64,000 nucleotides of DNA from Thermoanaerobaculia bacterium (GCA_963664405.1 OY761158.1:2432001-2496000), one strand, 5' to 3'; positions 20,440-30,145 are shown, counted from the first letter of the stretch. Notes: generated from the sequence alone by a model not told the origin. Numbers and translations are program-made.

Positions 20440-20610
20440 GTGGATGAGGTCTTCCCGATCGCCTTTGACGAGAAGGTCAAGGAACTGTGCCTGCCGACGG
20501 AGCAGATCATCGCTCCCTTCTGTCGAGAAATCGGCGACTCCTGTCTCACAGACGATGAATGTTGCGGCTCGTTCTGCGATGGCACCTCGAAAGAGTGCGA
20601 CGTTATTTGA
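20440..20610 (+). CDS. Putative 56-aa Cys-rich peptide with a knottin-like pattern
   Basis: GGGAGG 6 nt before GTG; MDEVFPIAFDEKVKELCLPTEQIIAPFCREIGDSCLTDDECCGSFCDGTSKECDVI. Confidence 0.5.
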   Translation: MDEVFPIAFDEKVKELCLPTEQIIAPFCREIGDSCLTDDECCGSFCDGTSKECDVI

Positions 20611-20671
20611 CGCGACTCCAATAGGCAGCGTTGCGCATTCAATCCGGCCAGCTCGTAAGCCTCGGCTACGG

Positions 20672-21976
20672 GTGCCGCTCGTACGCGGTGCCCTGTTCCT
20701 ACTGCTTGCGGCGTCGCCGCTCGCGGCGAACGACTCATGGACCGCGTGGGGAGGTCCGAACGGGGATTTCACTCTGGACGACGTCTCCGGTCTGGCCGAG
20801 AAATGGCCGGAAGGGGGACCGCCGATCCTTTGGAGCCGAGAGTTAGGGTCAGGCTATTCGTCGATCATCGCGGAAGAGGGCGTCCTTTACACCCAGTATC
20901 GCGGTGTCAACATGAGCGATGAACGCGATGTGTCCGACCAGGAGCACGTGGTGGCGCTGGATGCGAGGACGGGCACCACGCTTTGGGACTTCGCCTACGA
21001 CGCCCCGAACGAAGCTCGGGCCAAGGGTCCGTGGGGAGGGGGTGCACGCGAGTTTATCCGTCAGGTAGGCGGGCAGCTGCTCTACCTGGGGCCGAACGCG
21101 ACGCCTCTGGTCTACGACGGCCTGGTCTATGCAATCGGCGGCACCGCGAAGATGCACGCCCTGGACAAGAAGAGCGGAAGGGTCGTGTGGGAGCGCGATT
21201 TCTTCACCGAGTTCGGGGCGCTCAGCGACATGCGCGGCCGCTCGCCGAGTCCGATCGAGTATGACGGCAAGATCATCATGGTGATCGGCGGCGACGCAGG
21301 CCGGGTGATGGCCTTCGACCCCAAGGTCGGGGACATCCTTTGGAAGAGCCCGCCCGGCGACGTGAGCCATGCGACGCCGATCGTCGCCAACGTACACGGT
21401 GAAGATCAACTCGTCTTCCTGACCGAGATGTTCATCGTAGGGCTCGCCGCGAAGACCGGCGAGGCGCGCTGGGATTTTCCTCACCCGAGCCGCGAGCGCG
21501 TCAATATCCCGAACGTTCTCTTTCTCGACGGCGAGTACTTCCTCGCCGGAGGGATCAATCAAAACGAGACGCAGCTCATCAGGATCAGCAAGCAAGGAGA
21601 CGCCTTCACGGCAACCAGGGTCTGGGCCGAGACCAACAAGATCAAGACCTACCAGACGCCGGGCCTGCGCTTCGGCGACCACGTCTATATGGGCGCCGAG
21701 CAGCTCTTCTACTGCTTCAACTGGAAGACCGACGAGATGGTGTGGAGGACTCGGGATTTTCCCAACGCCAACCTGCTTCACGCCGACGGCTCGACCCTTC
21801 TGCTGGACGGCGAGGGCAAGCTCAATCTGGTGAGACTGACGCCGAAAGGCGTCGATGTGGTCTCGTCGACGCAGCTCTTCGAGGCGCGGTCGTGGACGAG
21901 TCCGACCTTGGTCGGAACAAAGCTCTATGTTCGCAACAAACGTGAGATCAAAGCGCTCGAATTGGGCGCGAAATGA
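20672..21976 (+). CDS. PQQ-binding-like beta-propeller protein (BamB-like repeats), secreted
   Basis: W-x-x-WGGP, GYSS, ALD-x-x-TG-x-x-LW repeats, WT-x-P...LYVRN; start approximate. Confidence 0.85.
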   Translation: MPLVRGALFLLLAASPLAANDSWTAWGGPNGDFTLDDVSGLAEKWPEGGPPILWSRELGSGYSSIIAEEGVLYTQYRGVNMSDERDVSDQEHVVALDARTGTTLWDFAYDAPNEARAKGPWGGGAREFIRQVGGQLLYLGPNATPLVYDGLVYAIGGTAKMHALDKKSGRVVWERDFFTEFGALSDMRGRSPSPIEYDGKIIMVIGGDAGRVMAFDPKVGDILWKSPPGDVSHATPIVANVHGEDQLVFLTEMFIVGLAAKTGEARWDFPHPSRERVNIPNVLFLDGEYFLAGGINQNETQLIRISKQGDAFTATRVWAETNKIKTYQTPGLRFGDHVYMGAEQLFYCFNWKTDEMVWRTRDFPNANLLHADGSTLLLDGEGKLNLVRLTPKGVDVVSSTQLFEARSWTSPTLVGTKLYVRNKREIKALELGAK

Positions 21977-22056
21977 CGGTCGCTCCGGAGGACACTTGAC
22001 GAGACGAGGGCCAGCGGCGGGCTCAGCGATTGAGGCACCACGATAGAATCCGACCT

Positions 22057-22299
22057 ATGGAAGACGCCATCGCCAAAGGTAGAAGTGGATCCGGGGCTCT
22101 TTCGGACGAAGGTCTGCACGTGGCCTTCGATCTAGCCGAGACGGCCGAGCGCATCATGGCCCAGAACCTACGGCGACGGAACCCGGACGCATCGCCGCAA
22201 GAGCTCCGTCGCCTGCTGAGGGAGTGGCTGCATCACCGGCCCGGTGCGGAGCATGGCGACGGTGTCGGGCGAGCCACGCGCCGCGAACTCCCCTCGTGA
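22057..22299 (+). CDS. Small putative antitoxin
   Basis: AFDL...QNLRRRNPDAS...WL-x-x-RPGAE-x-GD; GTGA overlap with the next gene. Confidence 0.65.
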   Translation: MEDAIAKGRSGSGALSDEGLHVAFDLAETAERIMAQNLRRRNPDASPQELRRLLREWLHHRPGAEHGDGVGRATRRELPS

Positions 22300-22877
22300 C
22301 CAGACTCGAGCGCGTTCTCCTTTCGTTGGCGAGGGATCTCGACCAGATCGGCGTCTCCTTTGCCCTGATCGGCGGGCTGGCGCTGTCCGTGCGCGCAGAG
22401 CCCAGGACCACCCGCGATGTCGACGTCGTTGTGACCGTCGAGAACGATCGAGAGGCTGAGGCGATCGTTGCCTCTCTTCGCGACGCCGGATATCGGGTCG
22501 GCGAGTTCCTCGAAGAAACGACGATGAATCGCCTGGCCACAGTCCGGCTGGTTGCTCCGGACGAAGAGGAGACCGGAGTCGTCGTCGATCTGCTCTTTTG
22601 CTCGTCAGGAATCGAGCCGGAGGTGGTCGCTGCGGCGGACTGGCTCGAGGTTTCGCCGGGGGTCGAGTTTCGGGTGGCGGCTCGTGGGCATCTTATTGCA
22701 CTGAAGGTGCTCGCAGCTCGCGATCAAGACCTTGTCGACGCCAAGACGTTGCTGCGCTTCGCTACGGAAGAGGACTTGGTGACGGCGCGGCAAGCTCTCG
22801 AGAGGATAGGCGAGCTGGGTCTCGATCGCGGAACAGATCTCCTCGAGTCTTTGGCTGAGCTCATGGCCGATCTATAG
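22296..22877 (+). CDS. Nucleotidyltransferase (AbiEii/AbiGii-like putative toxin)
   Basis: FALIGGLA, R-x-TRDVD, VVDLLF-x-SSGIE, LIALK...QD-x-x-D. Confidence 0.8.
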   Translation: MTRLERVLLSLARDLDQIGVSFALIGGLALSVRAEPRTTRDVDVVVTVENDREAEAIVASLRDAGYRVGEFLEETTMNRLATVRLVAPDEEETGVVVDLLFCSSGIEPEVVAAADWLEVSPGVEFRVAARGHLIALKVLAARDQDLVDAKTLLRFATEEDLVTARQALERIGELGLDRGTDLLESLAELMADL

Positions 22878-22941
22878 AGGCGATGCTCGACGCGGGTCCT
22901 CGACTCCCTGATCATCGTGCCCGATCTGGTCGCTGACCGGA

Positions 22942-24132
22942 TCAGTGAGGGCGAGCCTCGAGGTGTTGCCGCAGTAGGTCCTTACCGTAGTCATTGCCAT
23001 TGGGGGTGCGGATCACAACGTGAATGTGGTCGCGGGTGGGCCCTCGCTCCTTATTGATCAGCCGCGTGCCGACCGGGAACTGGTGATCGAACTCGATCAG
23101 GATGACCGGACTGTGAATCCGGTAGTAAAAGACGGCGGCGTCGCTCACTTCTCCGGCCCAGGCGAACCAGGTGTCGTCCAGTTGGGCCGCGACCTCCGCC
23201 ATCCGAACCTCGGCGTGACCCTCCCGCATATTTCCGACAAAGAGCCCGATGAGATCGAGGAGCTGGTCTTTTTGCACCGCCGAGAGCCGGCTCGCCGGAA
23301 GGCCCTGGTATGCGACTACGACGTTGTCCTTGTTGGCCTCGCCCTGGTTGTAGTTGCGCGACTTGCTCGAGGCAAGCGTCGCGGAGGCCTGTTGTTCAGA
23401 ATCGAGCGCCCGCATCATTGCCAGTCCCTGGTTCTGCTCTTGCTGCAGGATGTGATTACCGGCGTATTTACCGCTGGTGGCCTTCACCGGCTCGCCGCCG
23501 AGGAACACCGGGGTCATGACCACCTGGTCGCCGAGCACGAAGTAGTTGATGACCAGGTGATGCCCGTCTATCTGCCAACCCCAGGGCTCGGTTGTCGAAG
23601 GAAGACCCATCAGGGTGAAGAAGTAGAGATCTTCGTCATAGCTCAAGATGTCGTTGTTGATCTCGCGCAGGGTCTGGTCGGTCTTCATGATGTCGAGGCT
23701 GAGCTGTAGGCCTCTTGCACTGAGCGATTCACCCATCAGTGCCATCGCCGCCTCGCGCTGCTCGCCGCTCATCTCTTTGAGGCTGACACCCGCGCGCAGA
23801 AAGATGCCATTGTCGACGTTGGACCAGTGCCGCCACTCCGTATCTTGAACAGAAAAGACGGTGCGCAATGTCTGGTCCGGTCGCAGGCTGTGCAGGAAGC
23901 GGTCGGCGGCCTCGACCACCGGCTCGGTCGAGACGCCGGAAGCACGGATGGAGAACAGGCCGGGTTGAACCTCGCCGTCGTCGGTCACGCCGACGAAAGG
24001 CTCATTGAGCGCTTTCAGGGCCTGCTGGGCAAACATGTGCTTCACTCCCAGGGTGCGAGCGTCATAGTCACCCTGGGCGAATGCGGCTCCGCACAACAGA
24101 ACAGGGAGCAGGGTCTCCAGTCGAAATGTCAT
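22942..24132 (-). CDS. DUF3500 domain protein, secreted
   Basis: WSN, WGWQ-x-DGHHL, YYRIHSP, EFDH, HIH-x-V-x-RTPNGNDYG. Confidence 0.88.
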   Translation of the reverse strand: MTFRLETLLPVLLCGAAFAQGDYDARTLGVKHMFAQQALKALNEPFVGVTDDGEVQPGLFSIRASGVSTEPVVEAADRFLHSLRPDQTLRTVFSVQDTEWRHWSNVDNGIFLRAGVSLKEMSGEQREAAMALMGESLSARGLQLSLDIMKTDQTLREINNDILSYDEDLYFFTLMGLPSTTEPWGWQIDGHHLVINYFVLGDQVVMTPVFLGGEPVKATSGKYAGNHILQQEQNQGLAMMRALDSEQQASATLASSKSRNYNQGEANKDNVVVAYQGLPASRLSAVQKDQLLDLIGLFVGNMREGHAEVRMAEVAAQLDDTWFAWAGEVSDAAVFYYRIHSPVILIEFDHQFPVGTRLINKERGPTRDHIHVVIRTPNGNDYGKDLLRQHLEARPH

Positions 24133-24137
24133 CTCGG

Positions 24138-24245
24138 CTCGCCTCCGGAAGTGATTGCTATCACTTCCTGCGGCTCGTTGCTAATGGCGCCGAGGACGGC
24201 GCACTCGGGCGGCGGGCGGCGCTTCCTATTCGCTCCGGGAAACGG
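24138..24245 (+). repeat. Copy of the 40-bp palindrome plus REP-like tail repeat
   Basis: CTCGCCTCCGGAAGTGAT-TGCT-ATCACTTCCTGCGGCTCG then GGCGCCGAGGACGGCGCACT...CTTCCTATTCGCTCCGGGA. Confidence 0.85.
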
Positions 24246-24285
24246 CTCAGGGACCAGTACTCGGAGGGGGGAGCTGCCGCGCCCG

Positions 24286-25089
24286 TTAGCGAATGAACTT
24301 CAGGTTCGCGTAGCTATTCTCGTGGCCCATCCGGTCACTGGCGCCGGGAGCCCCACCATAGACCATGTAGTGGTGCGGGACCAGGACCCCGTCGACGGTG
24401 TGGAAGTCGGAAAGATGCATCGAGATTGACGCCGCCGGGACCATCTTGCGGTAGGTGAAGTACAGCCACTCCATCCGCTTCGAGGTCGGGTCGATGTAGA
24501 TGACGTACTGGTCATAGGTTTCGTTGGGCTCGGCCGAGCCCCAGGTCGCGTAGACCAGTTCGTAGGTCTTGCCCCCGACCTCGGCAGTGCCACCGTGGCC
24601 GATGAACTCTGCTTCGCTGATCCTGAACGGGAATTGGAACCACCAGTTCTTGACCGGCACCTTCACATGAGGGTCGGGGGCGTCTTTCGCAATGTGCTCG
24701 CCGTTCTTGATGTCGAAGTGCCGGCCATCGGCGAGGGCCCAGCCTTCACCCTTGGTCGGACCGTTGAGGAAGACCAGGTCGGCGTCGTCGGCGCCGAGTT
24801 GCAGAGCGGTGAAGTGAAACATCTGCGGATCTTCGGGCCATCCGCCCGCGGCTAAGCCTTCATCGCGGGCCGGGACGTACCACTTCGCCACCATGTCGAA
24901 CTCGGCCCCGCGGTAGCTCTTCCAGGCGTCGAGCCCGTAAGCCTTCTGCGCTTCATCGAGAAGAGCACGACCCTTGGTGGCTTCTTCGTCGGAGATGCCA
25001 TCGGCGACGGAGGCGGGTCGCACGTCCGATAGAGGTTGCCCACACACCGGAGCCGCAAGGGCAAGAGCGAGTATGGTTGGTTTCATCAT
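24286..25089 (-). CDS. Secreted hypothetical protein
   Basis: Signal peptide MMKPTILALAL, GGAGA RBS, A-x-G-x-x-AW, FPF, DQY-x-x-YID. Confidence 0.7.
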   Translation of the reverse strand: MMKPTILALALAAPVCGQPLSDVRPASVADGISDEEATKGRALLDEAQKAYGLDAWKSYRGAEFDMVAKWYVPARDEGLAAGGWPEDPQMFHFTALQLGADDADLVFLNGPTKGEGWALADGRHFDIKNGEHIAKDAPDPHVKVPVKNWWFQFPFRISEAEFIGHGGTAEVGGKTYELVYATWGSAEPNETYDQYVIYIDPTSKRMEWLYFTYRKMVPAASISMHLSDFHTVDGVLVPHHYMVYGGAPGASDRMGHENSYANLKFIR

Positions 25090-25126
25090 GGATCTCCTTC
25101 CGGTGAATCTGGGGTTTTTGACCGTC

Positions 25127-26074
25127 TCATTGTGAAGCGGCACCATGTTCCATAACGTCGATCGTCATCAAGTCGCTGCCGACCTCGAGCGGACCCGCAT
25201 ATGTGGTCCTGGTCCTGCGCACAAGATCCTCCACAGATGTGCGCGCGAGGACGATGTGGGTGTAGACTGCCAACGCTGGCTGGATTTTTGCGAAAAGACT
25301 ACCCGCGTCCTCCGGGCTGGTGTGGTGGCCCATGGGCCCTAGCGACGTCATGGCCGCGAGTAGATCGGGGTCGACCATCATGACCTCGTGGATGACAACG
25401 TTCGCACCCGACGCGTGACGCACTAGATTCGTGCTGGGTCGGGTATCGCCTGAAAGGACAACGGACCGGCCGCGGAAGTCAATACGGTAGCCAAACGCCG
25501 GCTTGATATGTTCCCCGTGATCCACGTCGAAGACCGTCACTCGAACCCCGTCTCGCTCGTACACGATGCCTTCGGTCACGTCCGCGGCGTCGATCGCTAT
25601 GCCGGACGTCGACAGGCCCTCCTCATTCGAGCGAATTCGAATATCAGCTTGGTGCGCTTGTTCCATGTGCGACATCATGTCTCGCGTTCCCGCTGGCCCG
25701 TAGATTCGAAACGCCGTGGTCCGGCGCCCGAATCCAGCCGGCATCCAGCCGGTCAACCAAAGGTCTGAGAGTCCGTTCACGTGGTCCGAGTGGAGATGGG
25801 TCAGAAAGACGGCGTTGATGTCGCTCAGCGGGACCCCTGCCTGAGTCAGGCGCACGGTGGCGCCTCGTCCGACATCGAAGAGGAGTCGTAGGTCACCCGC
25901 TTCCACAAGCGTGCTCGGGCCAAAGCGCTCGACGTTGGGGAAAGGCGAGCCGGTGCCAAGGAGCGTCACGCGGAAGCCGTCCCGCTCGGAGGACGTCTGC
26001 GCGAAGAGACTCCCCGGCAAGAACGCCAAGAGAGATATTCCAACGCTCAATAGGGTGTAGGTCGATTTCTTCAT
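25127..26074 (-). CDS. MBL-fold metallohydrolase (RNase Z/arylsulfatase-like) with signal peptide
   Basis: LLGTGSP, THLHSDH, SGDT, HE, HTS, YTH. Confidence 0.9.
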   Translation of the reverse strand: MKKSTYTLLSVGISLLAFLPGSLFAQTSSERDGFRVTLLGTGSPFPNVERFGPSTLVEAGDLRLLFDVGRGATVRLTQAGVPLSDINAVFLTHLHSDHVNGLSDLWLTGWMPAGFGRRTTAFRIYGPAGTRDMMSHMEQAHQADIRIRSNEEGLSTSGIAIDAADVTEGIVYERDGVRVTVFDVDHGEHIKPAFGYRIDFRGRSVVLSGDTRPSTNLVRHASGANVVIHEVMMVDPDLLAAMTSLGPMGHHTSPEDAGSLFAKIQPALAVYTHIVLARTSVEDLVRRTRTTYAGPLEVGSDLMTIDVMEHGAASQ

Positions 26075-26129
26075 GAATCTCCTTTGATGTTCGAGCTCGA
26101 ATTCTATTCTCTCCAAAAGGCCCGCCCGC

Positions 26130-27179
26130 TCAGGGCCTCACCCGTACGTACTTCTGCAACTTACGCGGATAGACCTCGCCAGCATAGATATTGCCTTCGC
26201 GATCCACTGTAACCGACTCTGCCCCGAACCCTCTGGCCACACGTGGGTCTCCACTCGGATACAAGATGAAAGCGCTGACCCAACCTTTAGCGGCATCACC
26301 GATGCGAATGCCGTACTCCCACCCAGGGTTCTTGATGTTATCCGAGGTCGAGTCCGCCACGTAGATGCGGTCTTGCTCATCGAAGAAGAGGCCACTGGGG
26401 CTGCCGAACTGCGTCCAAGTGGAGAGGTGTGCTCCCTCCTGGTCGAAGATCTGGATGCGGTTGTTGGAACGGTCGCCCACGAACACTCGACCACGGGAGT
26501 CGATGGTGATCGCGTGCAGGGTGCGGAACTCGCCTGGCGCGTAGCCCGTCCGTCCCCACGCCTTGATGAATTCGCCGTCCTTGGTGAACTTCACGACCCG
26601 GTTGTTGCCGTCGTCGTTGTGGCCATCGGCGACAAAGACATCACCGTTCTTCGCGACAACGACGTCACTCGGGGCGTTGAAGTGCGAGGTGTCATCGCCC
26701 ATTACCCCTGGGGTACCCAACCGCATCAAGACCTCGCCTTCGGGGCTGAATTTGATCACCTGATGTGCGCGCGTCCCCGGCGGAGTCGCGGCGGCCGAGA
26801 CCGCATCGGTCACCCAGACGTTTCCTTCCGGGTCGACATCGATCCCGTGCGGCCAGATGAAGAGCCCCCCTCCGAGGCCCGCAACGACATTACCCTCAGG
26901 ATCGAACTTGAGCACGGAATCGAGATCGGAGTCGAGACACTCCGTGCCAAAAGTCGCCTCAGCCTCGCACCTCACCACCGCCCAGATGTGACGGCCGTCG
27001 AGATCGACCGTCACCCCACCGAGCCTTCCCATCGGCCGCCCCTCCGGGTCCTTCGCCCAGCCTTCGACAATGCGATAGGGGTTCGGCAGAGCCTGCGCAA
27101 CGGCCTCTTCTGCGACACCGAGCGGGGCTAGGACCGCAAATGCGATCGACCCCACGACCCCATGGAACTTCCGCCGCAC
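26130..27179 (-). CDS. NHL-repeat protein (peptidyl-alpha-hydroxyglycine alpha-amidating lyase-like)
   Basis: PHGI-x-VD, WVTD, FVADG, NNRVVKF, DRSNNRIQIFD. Confidence 0.88.
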   Translation of the reverse strand: MRRKFHGVVGSIAFAVLAPLGVAEEAVAQALPNPYRIVEGWAKDPEGRPMGRLGGVTVDLDGRHIWAVVRCEAEATFGTECLDSDLDSVLKFDPEGNVVAGLGGGLFIWPHGIDVDPEGNVWVTDAVSAAATPPGTRAHQVIKFSPEGEVLMRLGTPGVMGDDTSHFNAPSDVVVAKNGDVFVADGHNDDGNNRVVKFTKDGEFIKAWGRTGYAPGEFRTLHAITIDSRGRVFVGDRSNNRIQIFDQEGAHLSTWTQFGSPSGLFFDEQDRIYVADSTSDNIKNPGWEYGIRIGDAAKGWVSAFILYPSGDPRVARGFGAESVTVDREGNIYAGEVYPRKLQKYVRVRP

Positions 27180-27183
27180 GTTC

Positions 27184-28101
27184 CTAGGCCACCGCGGCCG
27201 CGGCGATCTCCAAAGACTCACGGATTCCCGGCAGCGGATCCTCCGGCTGCTCCAGATGCTCCAGTGACAGGGCGCCGTCATCCGGGAACCCGACCTCGGC
27301 CAATGCGGCGAAGAACTCGGGAACGTCCAGGAATCCCTTGCCCAAGACGATGACGTCGCTATCCGGGTCGCGCCCGGACACGTCCTTGAGATGAATCCCG
27401 AAGACTCGATCGCCCAATCGCCGCAACGCCCCCGCGGGGTCCTCCGAACCTCGAATGGCGTTGCCCATGTCGAGGCAAGCACCCACATTGGGTCCCCTCC
27501 GGTCGATGGCTTTGACTACATCTGCGATTCGGTCGAAAGGCGAGCCCGGTGCGTTGTTGTGAATCGCCAGCCGGATTCCGTATTCGTCGGCGAGAGCCTC
27601 CAGACTGTCGATCGAGCTAGGCTCTGGGATGCAAGTCAGATTGCGGACTCCCAGATCCGCCGCGCGCGCGAAGAGATCCCGGTTCGAAGATTCGGTGCCC
27701 GATATCTGGATCGGCCCATATGCGGTCGGAGTGACATCCGCATTCGAGAGGAGTTCGCGCAGCTCCCGAATCTCGGCGGGTGTCGCCGCCGGACCTGCAA
27801 ACCGCCCCCTGGTCACTTCTCGGAGACGGATCTGGGCCAGCGTCAGTTCCAGCCAGTGGAGCCCGAGGTCCTCCACCGTCATGCGAACCGCTTCCGCCGT
27901 CGAAAAGCCGCGGAGGGACATTCCGTGGAGCCCCAGCGGGAGGCCCGCAAACCTCTCGCGGACCTGGTCACGGCCCGAAGCCCGCAACACCGGTGCGACA
28001 GCAAGGCTCGCCCCGGCACAAGCCGCGGCCCCCAGCAGACTACGCCGGCTCCATAGGCGATCCTCCACGCGCCTCGTATCCTGCTCGGTCGATTCGTTCA
28101 C
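27184..28101 (-). CDS. Sugar phosphate isomerase/epimerase (xylose-isomerase-like TIM barrel), Tat signal
   Basis: SRRSLL, AIHN, CLD-x-G, IHLKD, LSLE. Confidence 0.85.
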   Translation of the reverse strand: MNESTEQDTRRVEDRLWSRRSLLGAAACAGASLAVAPVLRASGRDQVRERFAGLPLGLHGMSLRGFSTAEAVRMTVEDLGLHWLELTLAQIRLREVTRGRFAGPAATPAEIRELRELLSNADVTPTAYGPIQISGTESSNRDLFARAADLGVRNLTCIPEPSSIDSLEALADEYGIRLAIHNNAPGSPFDRIADVVKAIDRRGPNVGACLDMGNAIRGSEDPAGALRRLGDRVFGIHLKDVSGRDPDSDVIVLGKGFLDVPEFFAALAEVGFPDDGALSLEHLEQPEDPLPGIRESLEIAAAAVA

Positions 28102-28213
28102 TGTCGTCCTCCGCAGCTCTTCGCAGAAGGGTTCACCTCTGGCGAACGGTGATGAGATCTTAACCCGGCGTCTCAACTGCGATAGCATCGCGCTGAGCGG
28201 AAGGGGGCTGCCG

Positions 28214-28385
28214 ATGTCTAAACGAAGAAGCGCTGCGATTCTGACCTCTCTCATCTTCGCCGCGGCCTCCGTGGTCGCGCAAGGGAGCCGCCCCGAGCTG
28301 GGCAGCGAAGCGCCGGACTTCACGCTCGAGAGCAGCTCGGGAGAAAAGTACTCGCTATCGCAGCTCAGGGGCGAGAAGAAAGGGA
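28214..28385 (+). pseudogene. Redoxin (AhpC/TSA-like) N-terminal remnant
   Basis: Signal peptide then G-x-x-APDFTL-x-S-x-x-G-x-x-YSLS-x-LRGEK; similarity stops before the active site. Confidence 0.65.
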
Positions 28386-28646
28386 TAGGGATTTCCTTTT
28401 CAGGGCCACCGATCGAATCGCGCTGGCCGAGCGTGGCCGAGCGTTAGAAGGGTGGACATCGGTGGGTGATGCATAGTTCGAGGCTCTCCGAACAATGAGA
28501 TCAGCCGGGGGTCGCGCCGCCGTGACGGAGGTCGACGCCTTGGGCTGCTGACTCGTCTGAGCAGGAGCACAGCTCCGCCGGCCCGTGATCGGGATCAGTC
28601 CACTGGGCTGGAACTCGTGCCCGTCGTCGCCGGTCGGTCAAGAGGC

Positions 28647-29976
28647 GAGAACAGACGCTGGTGGAGCGCGCTCTCGAGCGTTGGCCTTCTCATCAGCGAT
28701 GTGCCGGAGGATCTTGGCGACAACTCGGGGGTCGAGGATGAAGGCCTAGGGCGGCCCCGAGAGGATCCTCATCTGTGCGCCGCATCGACAGGTCAGCGGG
28801 TCGACCTCGTAGATCCGGCGGATCATCTGGGCCCAGGCTCGTCTTAGCCGACGACGCTCGGCAGCGGAGGGCAACACGGTCGTCGCAGCACTGGCCTCGT
28901 CTTCCACTTTCTCGCCTCGCCGCCGCGCGTGTGCAACGCTCGAGTACTCGCCGTAGTAGCGCACCGTGTGAAGCTTCGGCTGAGGGATGTGCATCAGCAG
29001 ACGGGCGAGGAAGTCCATCGCATCAAAGGTGGTCTGGGACCCACCGAATCGACCCCGGGCCTTGCGACGGTAGAGAACAGAGCCATCGGCGTCCAAGGAC
29101 ATCCGCTCGAGACTGAGCGGCGGACGAAGCAGGTAGCGAGCAAGCCGCTCGGTGCCCGCAGCATCGTCCGCCCCCACGGTGACCGTGCTATGGACCGAGA
29201 ATCCCTAGCCGGGCGCCCGGTGTTCTGCCAGGAGAGCAGCAGCTCGATCCGCTCCTCGCTCAGTAGCTCCTCGTCTCGCAGAAGGGCGATGACCTTGTGG
29301 CGAAAGAGAAGCTCAGCCGCCTTCGCGTCGACGTACGGCACGGGCACCCAAGTGCCCTCGCCATCCCACCCGCCACGAGAAACCAGCCCGTGAACGTGGG
29401 GGCTCCACTCCAGAAGATCCGTTGCCGTCTGAACAACGCTCACCATCCCGGGCCGAATGCCTCGATCGTCGGCGTGCGCCGCGGCGATCAGCTCATGCAC
29501 CGTCTCCCAAGCCGCCTGCGACAGCTTGCCCAGTAGCTCTCTGTGATGGAGGAAGTAGGGCCGGAGCAGCTTGGGGATGGTGAAAACCCACTGTGCATGG
29601 CCGACGTCTTCGAGGATCTCCTCGTGGAGCAGCGCACCAAAGACCGCCGCTCGCTTGGCGGCGCACGAGGGACAGAAGACCCGGCGACTACAGGAGAAGG
29701 CCACCAGGTAGTCTGAGCGACACTCGTCGCAGTAGACCCGAGCAAATCCACCCTCGAAGTCGCCGCAGGCCTGGAACGCGAGAACGACCTCGTCCATGAA
29801 CCCACGCCTAGCCGGCCGCGCCAGAAACCGTAGGACCGCTCGAAGCGCTCCTCCCAGCAGCCCTTGACGCGCTCGTAGAGCTCGTCCACAAGCCGATACA
29901 AAGGCGACTCTCGTGGCCGACGAGGCCGATAAAGCGCGGCGCATGCGTCCAGAAGCAGGGACCTCCCTGCTTCCAA
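28647..29976 (-). pseudogene. IS91-family (HUH/Y2) transposase, near full length (copy B), broken by micro-insertions
   Basis: YRPR, zinc-binding C..CDEC..SC-x-x-R-x-FCPSC, WVFTIPK, PHVH HUH motif, LARY-x-x-RP. Confidence 0.92.
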
Positions 29977-30145
29977 AAGACGGAGATCGCGCCGGTCAGC
30001 GCTCGCCTACGTCTGCACCACTCGCCAGGCTGCCACCGGCGGCCCACACCGATTCCGGAGAAAGATCCCGCAAGATCCCCAACAATCCCGAACAATCTCC
30101 AACGCTTCCTTCTCTGGAGAAGATCTGCGATCACTGCAGCGGGCA

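Noticed and set aside
27183-27200. CCTAGGCCACCGCGG as another micro-insertion scar
   Set aside because: It is the natural stop and Ala-rich end of an intact gene.
28214-28447. Selenoprotein redoxin split at TGA
   Set aside because: Similarity ends before the active-site strand, and no TGA or second half follows; simple truncation is more likely.
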